NCBI GenBank assembly: GCA_965249575.1
Contig: OZ252244.1
Coordinates: forward strand, 2,848,001 to 2,912,000
Direction of reading: 5' to 3'
DNA from: Gemmatimonadales bacterium
GTDB lineage: Bacteria; Gemmatimonadota; Gemmatimonadetes; Gemmatimonadales; GWC2-71-9
DNA length: 64,000 nt
In this document: positions 49,292-59,449 of the stretch, in pieces
Layout of the letters: each line of letters starts with the position of its first letter
Numbering within the stretch: the stretch's first letter is position 1
The notes under the pieces: generated by a model
The model's database searches: none
What the model was told of the DNA's origin: nothing
The model's input: only the letters and a program-made list of their open reading frames with translations
Translations under genes and position numbers: made by a program

Positions 49292-49326
49292 AAGACCCCA
49301 TCGACGCTGCCGTCGACGGGGGTCTT
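49292..49326 (-). terminator. Terminator-like hairpin of the DUF5916 gene
   Basis: AAGACCCCATCGACG / CGTCGACGGGGGTCTT, 16 bp past the stop at 49343. Confidence 0.6.
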
Positions 49327-49342
49327 GAAAGCTCCGAGCCGT

Positions 49343-51679
49343 CTAGAAGCCCAGCACGTTGAATTGGCGGGAAAACTTGACGATGAACGACCGGTTGAGC
49401 GGCCGGTTCAAGCTATTGAACGGATCGAAGGCGAATGACTCCTGCGTCTCGTTGTACACGACAAACAGGCCCGTCCCACCGCGCTGGAGCCACGCAAATC
49501 TGAAGTTCGCCGACCAGATCTCCGCCTGGTTGTTGTACTGAATCAGCGACTGCAACCGGATCCGAGGTGTGAAGAAGTACCCGAGCCGAGCGCCGACGAG
49601 CGTGGTCTCGAATGCCGGTCCATATGGTAAGTCCACGTAGTTGTAGTCGACCCGCACCTCTGAGGTAAAACTCGACCACTTCCGCCAAGTCAGCGTGGCG
49701 TTCCCGCCCCAGCGCTTACCGGAGTAGAACCCACCGAGGTTGAGCCTCGCCCGCAGGGACAGCGGGGCGCTGGGGTTCGAGCCGATGTCCCAGCCGTTCT
49801 CGAAGTAGTCGTATGTGCCCGGCGGGATGATGACGCCAGGTGAGATCTCGAACGGCTGGCTGAGTCCCTCACGGCGGAAGTTGAGCTCGGGACCGATCCG
49901 TCCCCCTCCGGAGAACTCGAGCTCGGTGTCCATGTGGATCCAGCCGCTCTCCTGGAATCCGGTGAGATCGAAGTAGCCCCGGTAGGTGATGTGAGGATTG
50001 AGCTGCCTAATCCACGGCACCGACGGCACGCGCACGAAGCGCATGATGTTCCCCTCATACAGCCGGTACGCATCGCGGCTGAGAAAGCCGACCTCGGGGT
50101 TGAAGTCCTCTCCCACCTGCAAGAAGCGGAGCCAGTTTCTCCAGTCCCGAGTTCGGTGCTCGGCGCGGACGGTGAAGGCTTCGTCAGCACCGGTGAGGCC
50201 GGGGGTTTCGGTCTTCGCGGCCCACATGTCCACCGTAATAGCGTCACCGAGCCCAACCCGGCCATCGAGTCCGTATGTTCGATTGCGATCGCCGCTGTTG
50301 TCGACGGACATTCGCTGGACGAAAATGCCGCCCACCCGGGACCGATTGGGGAGCTCCCGAGTCGCGCGGGCTACGGAGTAGGCATTGGTGGGCTGGACGA
50401 TATATGGCTGGCCGAGGGCATCCACTCCAGCGACTTCCTCGGTGAAGATCTGGAGGACCCCCAGGGTTACCCCGCCGGCCTTGCCCGAGAGCCGCCCGCC
50501 GCCAATGACTGGAGCCTCAGTGCCCTCATCCGTTATCCCGATCCGCCGGCTGAAAAAGAGGTCCGCGGCCTGAGGGGTACCGGCAGAAAACACTCCGCCG
50601 TTTTCCAGAAAGAACCGCCGCTTCTCGGGAAAGAAGAGGGGGAACCGCGTGAGATTCGTCTGCTGTTGATCGACCTCGGTCTGGGCGAAGTCAGTGTTGT
50701 ACGTCAGGTCCAGCGTGAGGCTGGGTGTGACACCTATTTTCGCGTCGACCCCCACGTCTCCGGCTTCGTCGAACTCGTTTTGGAAATCGAAATCCCGCCC
50801 GGTCGATGCCAGTGCGTACGGCTCTAAGATGACGGTCTGGCGGAATGGAACACGAATGCCTCTGAGTGTCCCGGCCATCGAGAGCCGCATGAGATTGAAC
50901 TGCCTCGGAATCGGCGACCAGAATGCTTCCTCGTTCCGCCGCCGAATGCTCCGGACGAAGTTGAGGCCCCATGTCTGCACGTTCCCGCTGCCGTACCGCA
51001 ACGTGGAAAAGGGAATTCGGAACTCGGCGTACCATCCCTGGTCGTCGACGGACGTCGCCACGTCCCACTCGGCATCCCAATTGACGTTGAATCCGCCCAT
51101 GGAGCCGGCCTGCTGCCGCGTTTGGCCTCGCTGAAAGACGCCGCCCCCGGTGCCTTCCTTAGAGACCTGCCCGTCGTATTCGATGCCGGTCGGCGTGGTG
51201 GAGAAGATGAAGCCGTTCTGCCGGTCGTGGTACGTGTCGAGGATGATTCCGAAGTGGTCGCTGTTGGTCAGGCTCGCGTCCCGAATCCTCTCACCGGCGA
51301 CGATCTCGCTTGGAGTGCGGTCGTACAGCCATGCACCGAACAGAATCGCCTTCTCGTCCATCAGGATGCGCACTTCAGTGCGCTCGGAGACCGGGTTCCC
51401 TTCTTCGGGTTCTCGCTGAACGAACCCGGCCACCAACTCGGCCTCCTGCCAGGCTGCGTCGTCCAAGCGGCCGTCTATCACGGGAGGCGCAGTTACCATT
51501 GTCGGTCGGGCCGACGGAGGGGCCGCGTCGCCGGAACCGTTCAGACCGCTACCGTTGATTGACTGCGCGTGGGCGACAACCGGGCTGGTCGCGGTCGCCA
51601 AGAGTGCCAACGCGATGCAAGTGTGGGCGCCGGGCCCGTAACCGCGCCGACGCGTGTTGCATGTGGTCCGGCTACTCAT
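49343..51679 (-). CDS. CBM9-like/DUF5916 outer-membrane protein
   Basis: GGGGAGGA RBS; signal peptide; PVIDGRLDDAAW, LDTYHDRQNG, NTDFAQTEVD, FFPEKRRFFLE, FFSRRIG. Confidence 0.88.
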   Translation of the reverse strand: MSSRTTCNTRRRGYGPGAHTCIALALLATATSPVVAHAQSINGSGLNGSGDAAPPSARPTMVTAPPVIDGRLDDAAWQEAELVAGFVQREPEEGNPVSERTEVRILMDEKAILFGAWLYDRTPSEIVAGERIRDASLTNSDHFGIILDTYHDRQNGFIFSTTPTGIEYDGQVSKEGTGGGVFQRGQTRQQAGSMGGFNVNWDAEWDVATSVDDQGWYAEFRIPFSTLRYGSGNVQTWGLNFVRSIRRRNEEAFWSPIPRQFNLMRLSMAGTLRGIRVPFRQTVILEPYALASTGRDFDFQNEFDEAGDVGVDAKIGVTPSLTLDLTYNTDFAQTEVDQQQTNLTRFPLFFPEKRRFFLENGGVFSAGTPQAADLFFSRRIGITDEGTEAPVIGGGRLSGKAGGVTLGVLQIFTEEVAGVDALGQPYIVQPTNAYSVARATRELPNRSRVGGIFVQRMSVDNSGDRNRTYGLDGRVGLGDAITVDMWAAKTETPGLTGADEAFTVRAEHRTRDWRNWLRFLQVGEDFNPEVGFLSRDAYRLYEGNIMRFVRVPSVPWIRQLNPHITYRGYFDLTGFQESGWIHMDTELEFSGGGRIGPELNFRREGLSQPFEISPGVIIPPGTYDYFENGWDIGSNPSAPLSLRARLNLGGFYSGKRWGGNATLTWRKWSSFTSEVRVDYNYVDLPYGPAFETTLVGARLGYFFTPRIRLQSLIQYNNQAEIWSANFRFAWLQRGGTGLFVVYNETQESFAFDPFNSLNRPLNRSFIVKFSRQFNVLGF

Positions 51680-52048
51680 CGGTCCTCCCCCGCAGCCTTC
51701 TGTTGCCTCCGACAAAACCCAACGCCTGGCGCCCGTCGAGCGCCCAAGCGCCCGGTGTCGATGCACCCCCGTGCTCTGTCGTGATTTGGAACGCCTGTCC
51801 TAAGGTAATCTAAGCGCAGTGGGACGGCTGTAAATGGTGCGAGGGGTACCGCGCGGGACGTCGGGTGCCTAGCTCACTCGGTGCGGGCAGAAGCTCTCGT
51901 CCGATTGCGAACGTCTCGCACGCCGTACGCACGGATCAATGCTTCAAAAGGCTCGCGCCCGACCGCTCCGCGTCAACGGTCGGGCGCCGATCGCTCCTGT
52001 TTGTTAGCTTCCGCCGCCAAGGTGCGGCGACTTCCGACCGGCTGGGCC

Positions 52049-52525
52049 TCAGGTGGCTGGCCGCCCGTTCGACTCGTGCGCCTGCACGATCTTCCACTCC
52101 CCGTCACGGTGCTGGTACACGAACGTCCACAGCTTGCCGTCCAGCCAGCGGGCGACTCCGGCGGTGTCCACGACGTCGGCATGAAATACTCCGGTGAACG
52201 CGCCGGCGTCCGGCCCGAGAACCACGACGTGGGCGGGATCCCAATGCCCCCCGGCCTTCTGCATGCCCCCCAGGAAGTTCCCGGCAGCGTTCTTGAGCGC
52301 ATCACGATCGGGGTAGATCCGACCGCCGTCGACGTAGACGAGGTCGGCCTCGTCGGTGAAGGCATCGATGAAGCCGTCACCCGTTAGTGTCCCCATAGCG
52401 GCGATGAACCCATCGGCGGCGCCCTGGATTTCCTCGGCCACCTGTGCGCGTTGTGCGTCGGTCATTTCTGCGGGCTGACACGCGAGTGACAAAAGCACAA
52501 GCGCGGAAGCTACGAAGCGGGTCAT
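52049..52525 (-). CDS. NTF2/SnoaL-like lipoprotein
   Basis: GAGG RBS; lipobox SLAC; VVVLGPDAG...WTFVY...WKIVQAHES. Confidence 0.82.
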   Translation of the reverse strand: MTRFVASALVLLSLACQPAEMTDAQRAQVAEEIQGAADGFIAAMGTLTGDGFIDAFTDEADLVYVDGGRIYPDRDALKNAAGNFLGGMQKAGGHWDPAHVVVLGPDAGAFTGVFHADVVDTAGVARWLDGKLWTFVYQHRDGEWKIVQAHESNGRPAT

Positions 52526-52654
52526 GAGTACCTCGCGATAGACTGGACAATAGAGCGGCGAACCCCCACCGGATGGGGGGAGAATCGAGTTTCTCGCCGT
52601 CACAATGTCAAGTGCCGAACGCTTGAACGCGCGGCGGAAGAGCCGCCGCCGCGA

Positions 52655-54154
52655 TTACTGTGGGGGGAGGCGCGAGAACCTCTCCGCTACATCGACGCCG
52701 CTCGCTCGGAGCTGCTTCCATTTACGAAAGAAGATCACCGATGCGAGACCCATGACGATCAGCCACACCGGTGAGGAGTGGAAGTACCACGCCGACACCT
52801 CCGACGACAGATCCTTTGCGATGTGGACGACCAGTAGCACTCCCAGAGCGAGCGTTCCGCTCACGCCCAACCACCACTGTGCGGGCCGATGTGGAAGGAA
52901 GCGGATCTCGCCGGCCAGTGCGGGGTTCCGGTAGGGCAGGACGAGCACCGCGAGACACATGAGCAGGAAGTTCACTAGCATCGAAGTCACGAGGATGTCG
53001 ACGCCGAGGAAGAAATCCCCGGCCAAGTGGCTCCCCAGGATGCCCACCGACGCCATCAGAGAGCTTGCGACGATGGCCAGGTGGGGGGTGTGCCACCGGT
53101 GGTTCACTCTCGCCACGCGCCGGGGAAAGATCCCGTCCTCCGCCCACGCGTACATGAGCCGGGACACCGCCAGAATCATGGCGGGCAGATCGTTGATCAG
53201 GGCGATCGCGGCGCCGGCGATAATCGCGACGGTCCAGCCGGGTGACAAGACGTAGCCCAACAGCCCCGGAGCGGTCAGGTCCTGCGTCCCCGCCCGCTCG
53301 GCGATAAAGCCCCAGGGGACGGCGCGGTATACGGCCGCGGTGAACAACAGGTAGAAGCTCCCGACGGTAACCACGGCCAGACCGATCGCGAGTGGCAAGT
53401 TGCGGTTCGGGTTCTTTGCCTCTCCCCCGGCTTGGGCGATCGAGTCGAACCCAATGAAGCTCGAGAACAGAATGGCCGAGGCCGCCAGCAGCTTCCCGAT
53501 TCCGATTGGAGCGTCGGGTAGCGAAGGGACCACTGCCCCCTCCCGCCGGGCGAGCGCGGCGGCGAAATCCGCATGATCAAACGAGAATCCCGCACCGACG
53601 ACGATGGCTCCCCCAACGAACATGAGCACCATCAGGGGAATGAGTGTCCGCTCGTATAGCTTGACGCCCAGAATGTTCACGCCGGTAAAGAGCCAGAGGA
53701 ACACCAACGCCAGCGTGACTCGAACCGGGCCCTGCTCCAATGCGGCGGCGGTCGCGTCTAGCTCGAGCGACACCGCAATGTCCCGCAGGAACGGGATCAG
53801 CACGTAAGAGATGACCCCAATCGCGATGCTGAGTCCGAACCACTGCGAGAAACTCGCAATGAATCCCAGGTACGGATGCAGCGATCTGCTCGCGTACACG
53901 TAGCTCCCGCCCGCGCGGGGCATCGCCGAAGCCAATACTGCGTAGGACAGCGCGGCGAGCACCGCGGGAAACGCGGCCAGGAAGTAGGCGGTCAGAACGT
54001 GGGGCCCGATCCCGGGCACGTTCCGCTGAATCATGATGGGGATGACGTTTATTCCCGCCCCCATCATTGCGCACACGCCGGTGGCGGCGAGACCCACAAG
54101 ACCCAAGCTCCTGACCAACCCGACTGGCGACGCCTGGCTACTAGCTCCTGCCAC
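52655..54154 (-). CDS. APC-family amino-acid permease
   Basis: About 12 TM helices; MMGAGI, SAMPRAGGSYVY, FIGFD, GEAKNP, SRLMYAWA. Confidence 0.92.
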   Translation of the reverse strand: MAGASSQASPVGLVRSLGLVGLAATGVCAMMGAGINVIPIMIQRNVPGIGPHVLTAYFLAAFPAVLAALSYAVLASAMPRAGGSYVYASRSLHPYLGFIASFSQWFGLSIAIGVISYVLIPFLRDIAVSLELDATAAALEQGPVRVTLALVFLWLFTGVNILGVKLYERTLIPLMVLMFVGGAIVVGAGFSFDHADFAAALARREGAVVPSLPDAPIGIGKLLAASAILFSSFIGFDSIAQAGGEAKNPNRNLPLAIGLAVVTVGSFYLLFTAAVYRAVPWGFIAERAGTQDLTAPGLLGYVLSPGWTVAIIAGAAIALINDLPAMILAVSRLMYAWAEDGIFPRRVARVNHRWHTPHLAIVASSLMASVGILGSHLAGDFFLGVDILVTSMLVNFLLMCLAVLVLPYRNPALAGEIRFLPHRPAQWWLGVSGTLALGVLLVVHIAKDLSSEVSAWYFHSSPVWLIVMGLASVIFFRKWKQLRASGVDVAERFSRLPPQ

Positions 54155-54413
54155 GTGACCCCCTATGTCCGGTCCAACCGTAGTGGTCCCCCGCGCCCTG
54201 CCCTGACGGCACGACCCCTGATCCCAACCCCGGGGACTGCAGAAGCTGTGGGTGGATAGCGAGGCGGGCAAGTTGGGCGTTGCCCGCCCTCACGCGGTCT
54301 TGGGATTGGATGCATTATTGCCGTCCGGGCTCCGCTCTTTCTGCACGGGCGGGAACCCTTGCACCGGGGAACCGGTTTCGGGAACGGCGGTCGGGTACTG
54401 CACGGAGGCTACG

Positions 54414-55217
54414 GTGGCAGATACGAAGGTGATTCTCGGCGTGGACATCGGAGGAACGGGCGTCAAGGCGGCGACCGTGAATGTTCGAAGCGGGAAGCTC
54501 GTCTCCGAACGCGTACGCTTGGAGACCCCGCAGCCGTCGACACCGAACGCCGTGATCGAGACGGTCGCCCAGCTGCAAGACACCCTCGAATGGGAGGGGC
54601 CGGTTGGGTGCGGTTTCCCTGGCTTGGTCAAGGGGGGCGCGGTTCGGCGCGCGCCAAACCTGGACGACTCATGGATCGACTGCGACCTGGTGAGCGCACT
54701 GCGCGATTCACTTCGTGCCGACTCCGTTGCGGTTGGCAACGACGCCGATGCGGCCGGCCTCGCCGAGGCGAAATTCGGTGCGGGGAGAGGCGTCAAGGGC
54801 ACCGTCGTCATGGTGACCCTCGGGACGGGCATTGGCACCGCCGTGCTGCATAACGGCGCGCTGTTACCGGACACCGAGCTGGGGCATGTGGAGATCATGG
54901 GGAAAGACGCCGAGCGCGTCGCCTCGCGCAGCGCCCGCATGCGCAAAGGGTGGAGCTGGAAGAAATGGGGCAAGAGCGTTGATCGTTACCTCAGCCACCT
55001 CGAGTATCTGTTGGGGGTTGATCTGTTCATCATTGGCGGGGGGGCGAGCAAGAAGGCGGACCGCTTCTTTCCGTATCTCGAGAGAGTCACGTGCGAGGTG
55101 GAGGCCGCACAGATGGGGAACCTGGCCGGCATCGTAGGCGCGGCCATGCTCGCGGATCCTGGGACTCGCGCCGCGTCCCGGCTGCCGCAGCCCCGTCTGG
55201 CGACGCTATCGTTGTGA
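54414..55217 (+). CDS. ppgK: Polyphosphate glucokinase (ROK family)
   Basis: GGAGG RBS; GVDIGGTGVK, TPQPSTP, NDADAAGLAE, TLGTGIGTA, ELGH, WKKW. Confidence 0.88.
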   Translation: MADTKVILGVDIGGTGVKAATVNVRSGKLVSERVRLETPQPSTPNAVIETVAQLQDTLEWEGPVGCGFPGLVKGGAVRRAPNLDDSWIDCDLVSALRDSLRADSVAVGNDADAAGLAEAKFGAGRGVKGTVVMVTLGTGIGTAVLHNGALLPDTELGHVEIMGKDAERVASRSARMRKGWSWKKWGKSVDRYLSHLEYLLGVDLFIIGGGASKKADRFFPYLERVTCEVEAAQMGNLAGIVGAAMLADPGTRAASRLPQPRLATLSL

Positions 55218-55729
55218 ACGGCTGCCGATCGGGGCGTAGCTGGAGCGGGATCGCCCTGTTGGTCGCCCTTTGGTCCGCCTGCGAACCCGGGACGCCGGTC
55301 GACCGTGACGATCTGACTGGGGACGGGCGGGCGGTGCGTCTCGAACTCGAGGCGTATTATCGGGACTTCAGCAACCGCAACTGGCCCGCATTCGCTTCCC
55401 ACTTCTGGCCGGGCACCTCCATCACGACGGTTTGGCAGCCTCCAGGTGAGCCGGAGCCCCGGGTGGTGCCGACTACCGTTGAGGCGTTCGTCGAGCAAGC
55501 GCATCTCGGGCCCGGGAGCCGGGAAATCTTCGAGGAGCGGATGCTCGAGGCGCAGATCGACGCGCGTGGAAACATCGCTCACGCTTGGGTACGCTACCGA
55601 GCGCGATTTGGCGACTCGACCAATCACATGGAGTGGGAGGGGACCGACGTGTTCTCCCTCCTCCGGCACCGGGGCGAGTGGCGGATCGCATCGCTCGTCT
55701 TCGCGGGGGACGACGCCGACTCGCAGTGA
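55214..55729 (+). CDS. NTF2-like lipoprotein
   Basis: GTGA overlap with ppgK; lipobox-like WSAC; GTDVFSLLRHRGEWRIASL. Confidence 0.78.
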   Translation: MNGCRSGRSWSGIALLVALWSACEPGTPVDRDDLTGDGRAVRLELEAYYRDFSNRNWPAFASHFWPGTSITTVWQPPGEPEPRVVPTTVEAFVEQAHLGPGSREIFEERMLEAQIDARGNIAHAWVRYRARFGDSTNHMEWEGTDVFSLLRHRGEWRIASLVFAGDDADSQ

Positions 55730-56060
55730 CATGACACCCACCGGGGAGCGGGGGATGTTGTGGACCGCAAGGGGTCGTGCTCCGGATACTACCTCGTCTC
55801 CCAATGCTCCCCCAAGGCCTTCACGACCGGCTCGTCAGCTCGGGCATGTTGGTACTCCCCGCCGGGGCGCGCGGCAATTCCAACACGGTACCCGGGAAAT
55901 CGAGGCTTTGCTGAGTTAGAAGTATGAAGAGCCTCTGAATTCCCCGGGGGATGGCGCGATATTCTCCGTCCGCCACCGGAGCGTCAACAGGTCGGGTGTG
56001 CTATCCTCCCCACGTCACCCGATGCGGGACCGTCTGCGGACCGGTGGGCGGTGTTGGGTT

Positions 56061-56072
56061 GTGTTGCAACAC
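56061..56072. promoter_or_regulatory. 12-bp perfect palindrome GTGTTGCAACAC
   Basis: Lies in the AT-rich segment upstream of the response regulator. Confidence 0.25.
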
Positions 56073-56211
56073 GTTGATGGACATCAGGTTGAGTGTACTC
56101 GTTATATTGAGAAAATCGAAGAATCCGGCTCCGAAGCTGGTATCGAAATTGCGCCTAGATTGACGGAATCGAGATTGCTCTGATCGAACGCTGGCGGGCT
56201 GGACACGGCAA

Positions 56212-56706
56212 ATGGCTCGGATACTCATCATCGACGACGAACCCAACCTCCTGGTTGCACTGCAGCTCGGGGTTGGGCGGCTGGGACATTCGGCCCACAC
56301 GGCCGGTACCTGCGAGGACGGCCTTGCCGTTCTGCGGGCGCATCGGATCGATCTGATAATCACCGACCTCGTGCTGCCCGGCGAGGACGGGGCATCTGCA
56401 GTGGGTTCCGTTCGGCGCGCGGCGCCGAGCGCTCCGGTGATCGCGATGTCGTCGGACCCGGTTCTGCTCGGGGAAGCGATGCGTCGGGGTGCGGTGTTGA
56501 CCCTCGAGAAGCCATTCACCCTCGAAGCGTTCGAGCGCGCGATCGAAGGCGTGTTGGGTCGGCCCTCTGGGGTAGAACGGAGGCGCGACCAGCGCCGCCG
56601 CCGTCTCCGTCGACAGGTCCAGCGCCGCAGAGACCCCTCCGGCGTTGTGGAGGACCGGCGTGCTCGAGACCGTCGGAGGCCTTTCCGCGCGTTCGCCGCG
56701 CGCTGA
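56212..56706 (+). CDS. Response regulator receiver with an Arg-rich (E/D/Q)RR-repeat tail
   Basis: IIDDE, ITDLVLP (phospho-Asp), AMS, EKPF; tail ERRRDQRRRRLRRQVQRRR...EDRRARDRRR. Confidence 0.85.
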   Translation: MARILIIDDEPNLLVALQLGVGRLGHSAHTAGTCEDGLAVLRAHRIDLIITDLVLPGEDGASAVGSVRRAAPSAPVIAMSSDPVLLGEAMRRGAVLTLEKPFTLEAFERAIEGVLGRPSGVERRRDQRRRRLRRQVQRRRDPSGVVEDRRARDRRRPFRAFAAR

Positions 56707-56723
56707 CTCCTTCCGTTTGCCGT

Positions 56724-57806
56724 TTACCCCGGGGCGACGGGCGTCACGTTAGCTCCGCGGGCCAGCAGCCGCTCCACCCGTCGGCGGGCGGCGTGGACTG
56801 GCGACTCGTCCCGCTCACGGGCTTCCTCAAAAACCTCGGTCAGCAATGTCCCCAGACCCACCACTCGTGATTTGAGTGCTGACTCGTCTCGCTCACCGCG
56901 TGCCATGGCGGCAAAGGCTATCGCGCCGCCCGCGTTGACGATGTAATCGGGACCGTACAGGATGCCAGCTTTGACCAACCGTTCGGCGTCCGAAGCCTCC
57001 GCCAGCTGGTTGTTGGCGGAACCGGCGACGATCCGGCACTGAAGCTGCGGTATCGTGTCACGGTTGAGCGTCGCGCCGACCGCGCAGGGCGCATACACAT
57101 CACACGTTGTCGTCCACACGGCATCGGACTCGACGACGCTTCCGCCAATTTTGGCTGCCACCCGCTGAGCACGCTGGTGATCCAAGTCAGATATGAGGAC
57201 GGCTCCGCCGGCCTCCCGAACGAGACCAGCCAGCGGCGTCCCGACGTCGCCGACGCCCTGAATGAAGACTCTACGCCCCTGAAACCCGTCGTCCGAAAAG
57301 ACATGCGCGAGCGCCGAGCGCATGGCTATGAACACTCCGAGCGCGGTGTAGGGACCCGGATCGGCCACCTGTCCGGTATCGGGATCGAATCCGTGGATGT
57401 GCGGGGATTCCGCCGCGAGCACCCGCATGTCCTCGGGGGTCGTGCCGAGGTCTTCGCCGGTACTGAAGCACCCCCCGAGCGCATTGAGGAGTCGCGCATA
57501 CCGCTTCAAGAGGCCCCGCCGCTCGTCGCCCGAAAGTGTCCGGGAGAGCGCGAGGACCGCTTTTCCCCCTCCGAATTGGACGCCCGCTGACGCCCATTTG
57601 TGTGTCATACCCTCCGCAAGACGTAAGGCGTCCCATAGCCCTTCCTCAGGGCTCGAGTAGATCTTCATTCGGGAGCCTCCAACCGGCGTCCCGAGGGTGG
57701 TGTCGTGAATGGCAATGAATATCCAGGTGGCCGTGGGGCGATCGTACCGTGCAACGACCCCAAGTCCATCCCATCCTTCGATGAGCTGCTGCATGTCCCG
57801 TGTCAT
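56724..57806 (-). CDS. Leu/Val/Phe dehydrogenase (Glu/Leu/Phe/Val family)
   Basis: AAGGAG RBS; GMTHK, GGGKAV, GEDLGT, QGVGDVG, GSANNQL, PDYIVNAGG. Confidence 0.93.
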   Translation of the reverse strand: MTRDMQQLIEGWDGLGVVARYDRPTATWIFIAIHDTTLGTPVGGSRMKIYSSPEEGLWDALRLAEGMTHKWASAGVQFGGGKAVLALSRTLSGDERRGLLKRYARLLNALGGCFSTGEDLGTTPEDMRVLAAESPHIHGFDPDTGQVADPGPYTALGVFIAMRSALAHVFSDDGFQGRRVFIQGVGDVGTPLAGLVREAGGAVLISDLDHQRAQRVAAKIGGSVVESDAVWTTTCDVYAPCAVGATLNRDTIPQLQCRIVAGSANNQLAEASDAERLVKAGILYGPDYIVNAGGAIAFAAMARGERDESALKSRVVGLGTLLTEVFEEARERDESPVHAARRRVERLLARGANVTPVAPG

Positions 57807-57846
57807 AGAACTCCTTCAGTGAGCCCTCTCCCCGTTTCCCAGCCCT

Positions 57847-58338
57847 TCAGGCGACCATGTAGGCGCCTGTTCCGGTGGCGATGAGTACGCCCTCGTCGTT
57901 GTGGAGCTCCATCCGCGTCACCGCTACGCGGCTGCCTATACGTAGGATGTAGGCGCTGGCCCGGAAGAAACGGCCGCGTCCAGGCTGCAGGTAGTCCACC
58001 CGTAAATCGATCGTCCCGAGCCTCCCGAATCGCCGCTCGATCTCCTCGCTGCTTCGATCCTCGGTGCGGCGCAGCAGACCCATGAAGGCCACCAGTCCTC
58101 CGGCGACGTCCAAGGATGCCGAGACGACCCCCCCGTGGAGCGTTCCGTGCGTATAGTTGCCGATCAATTCCTCGCGCATTTGAAACCGTACGACTGCCCG
58201 ATCGGCTTCCGCCGACTCTATGGATAGGCCGAGCGCCTTGTTGAAGGGGATCCGGTCGGTGAAGATCGACCGGGCGATCGCCTGTGTTTCTTCCCGGCCG
58301 CGCGCGTCGCCGGCGTTACCACCGTTTGGTGCTGTCAT
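57847..58338 (-). CDS. Hotdog-fold thioesterase (PaaI/YigI-like)
   Basis: IPFN, LIGN, LHGGVVSASLD, GTIDLRVDYL, TGAYMV. Start codon uncertain. Confidence 0.9.
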   Translation of the reverse strand: MTAPNGGNAGDARGREETQAIARSIFTDRIPFNKALGLSIESAEADRAVVRFQMREELIGNYTHGTLHGGVVSASLDVAGGLVAFMGLLRRTEDRSSEEIERRFGRLGTIDLRVDYLQPGRGRFFRASAYILRIGSRVAVTRMELHNDEGVLIATGTGAYMVA

Positions 58339-58673
58339 TACCATTGAAGCGTAGCCCCATTTGATCGGAACACTGGTGCGACCGGGCTCGATGGTCCACG
58401 AACCCGTGGCGCTCGAAAAACCGCAACCGCAACCGCTGCCGGTGACGTGCTTCAGCGCGGTGTTCGTCGGGGGCATCCCAATCAGTCGAATGCCGTCAGC
58501 CCCTACCAGGAATAGCATGCTGGAAACGAACGAGAAAGTGGGTGGCTTCATCGCGGCGCGCGAGTGCGCTGGTGGACGGGCGGGCGGGCATCGAAAGGCC
58601 TGTCACCCGCCGGTTTTCCTAGCCGGGTTGGATCGGGGCTACCGCGTCAGTGGGGCGGTGTGTTGGTGGGTCG

Positions 58674-58862
58674 TCATACCGCGACTTCGCTAACCTCTGC
58701 CGGCTGGGGCCAAGCCTGGGCTTCGTCGATGGCGTCCGGCGGTCCGTCGTGGCTCCACGACAGCAGTAGCCAGGAGGCCAGGCCGAGCGGTCGCATATAG
58801 ACGTCCCTGAGTCCGTCTAGGCTCACGTCGTCACGCGCCTCATCATACCACGATTGGCCCAT
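58674..58862 (-). CDS. Small hypothetical protein (62 aa)
   Basis: ATG overlaps the upstream stop (TGATG); MGQSWYDEARDD... Confidence 0.4.
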   Translation of the reverse strand: MGQSWYDEARDDVSLDGLRDVYMRPLGLASWLLLSWSHDGPPDAIDEAQAWPQPAEVSEVAV

Positions 58863-59239
58863 CACCCGGTTTCCCACCAGGCGACTTCTCCGAAGTGCCC
58901 GCAGTGGGGGCACTTCAGCGAGTCAGGACGTCCCGCGACGTGTACCCGACATCCCGCGACCGGACACACCGCATACGTCCGCCCGAGGTCACTCCGTGTC
59001 CCGCGTGCCGGATTGGAGTCCTCCGGCCCGCGGACCACGACCGTGAAGCTCTTTGGGCGACGGTCGCGGATCTCGAACAGGTGTCGGGGGAGGACGACGT
59101 GATGGCGCCGGACTTCTACGACGAGCTTCCTGGTGGCGCCCTGGTTCACGATGGGATACCAGGCCCCCTGTCGCACCATCGGCTCGCTCATTGGCCGTGC
59201 GAGCGCCCAGGGGCGGGCCCAGCCGGTAGTCTTGGACAT
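58862..59239 (-). CDS. Hypothetical protein with a C-terminal zinc ribbon
   Basis: AGGAGGA RBS; RQGAWYP; CPVAGC...CPHC. Confidence 0.75.
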   Translation of the reverse strand: MSKTTGWARPWALARPMSEPMVRQGAWYPIVNQGATRKLVVEVRRHHVVLPRHLFEIRDRRPKSFTVVVRGPEDSNPARGTRSDLGRTYAVCPVAGCRVHVAGRPDSLKCPHCGHFGEVAWWETG

Positions 59240-59449
59240 TGAATCCTCCTCTCGCCGTCGGGCAACCTGCGGGCCCGGCCGCCTGGCTTCTGTGATCTCC
59301 CTTACACTTGGCCCGAGGCCGTCCCGGCTCGCTCTTGCCCCGCCCCCACGGGCCAGGCATAATCGCCTGTCGGCCGCAGCGTTCGTGACCCGGCGCCGGC
59401 TGGTGCCACGGTCACGGGCGCCCACCCGAGGACGTTCCCCTCAAGAGCG

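Noticed and set aside
48905..49340. TPP riboswitch upstream of tenA
   Set aside because: The CTGAG...AACCTG-like words are on the wrong strand for tenA, and the downstream core does not fit.
58339..58551. 70-aa N-terminal extension of the thioesterase containing GCGCG
   Set aside because: No RBS and no recognisable domain; CGCG derives from a short (ACCGCA) repeat. It cannot be fully excluded.
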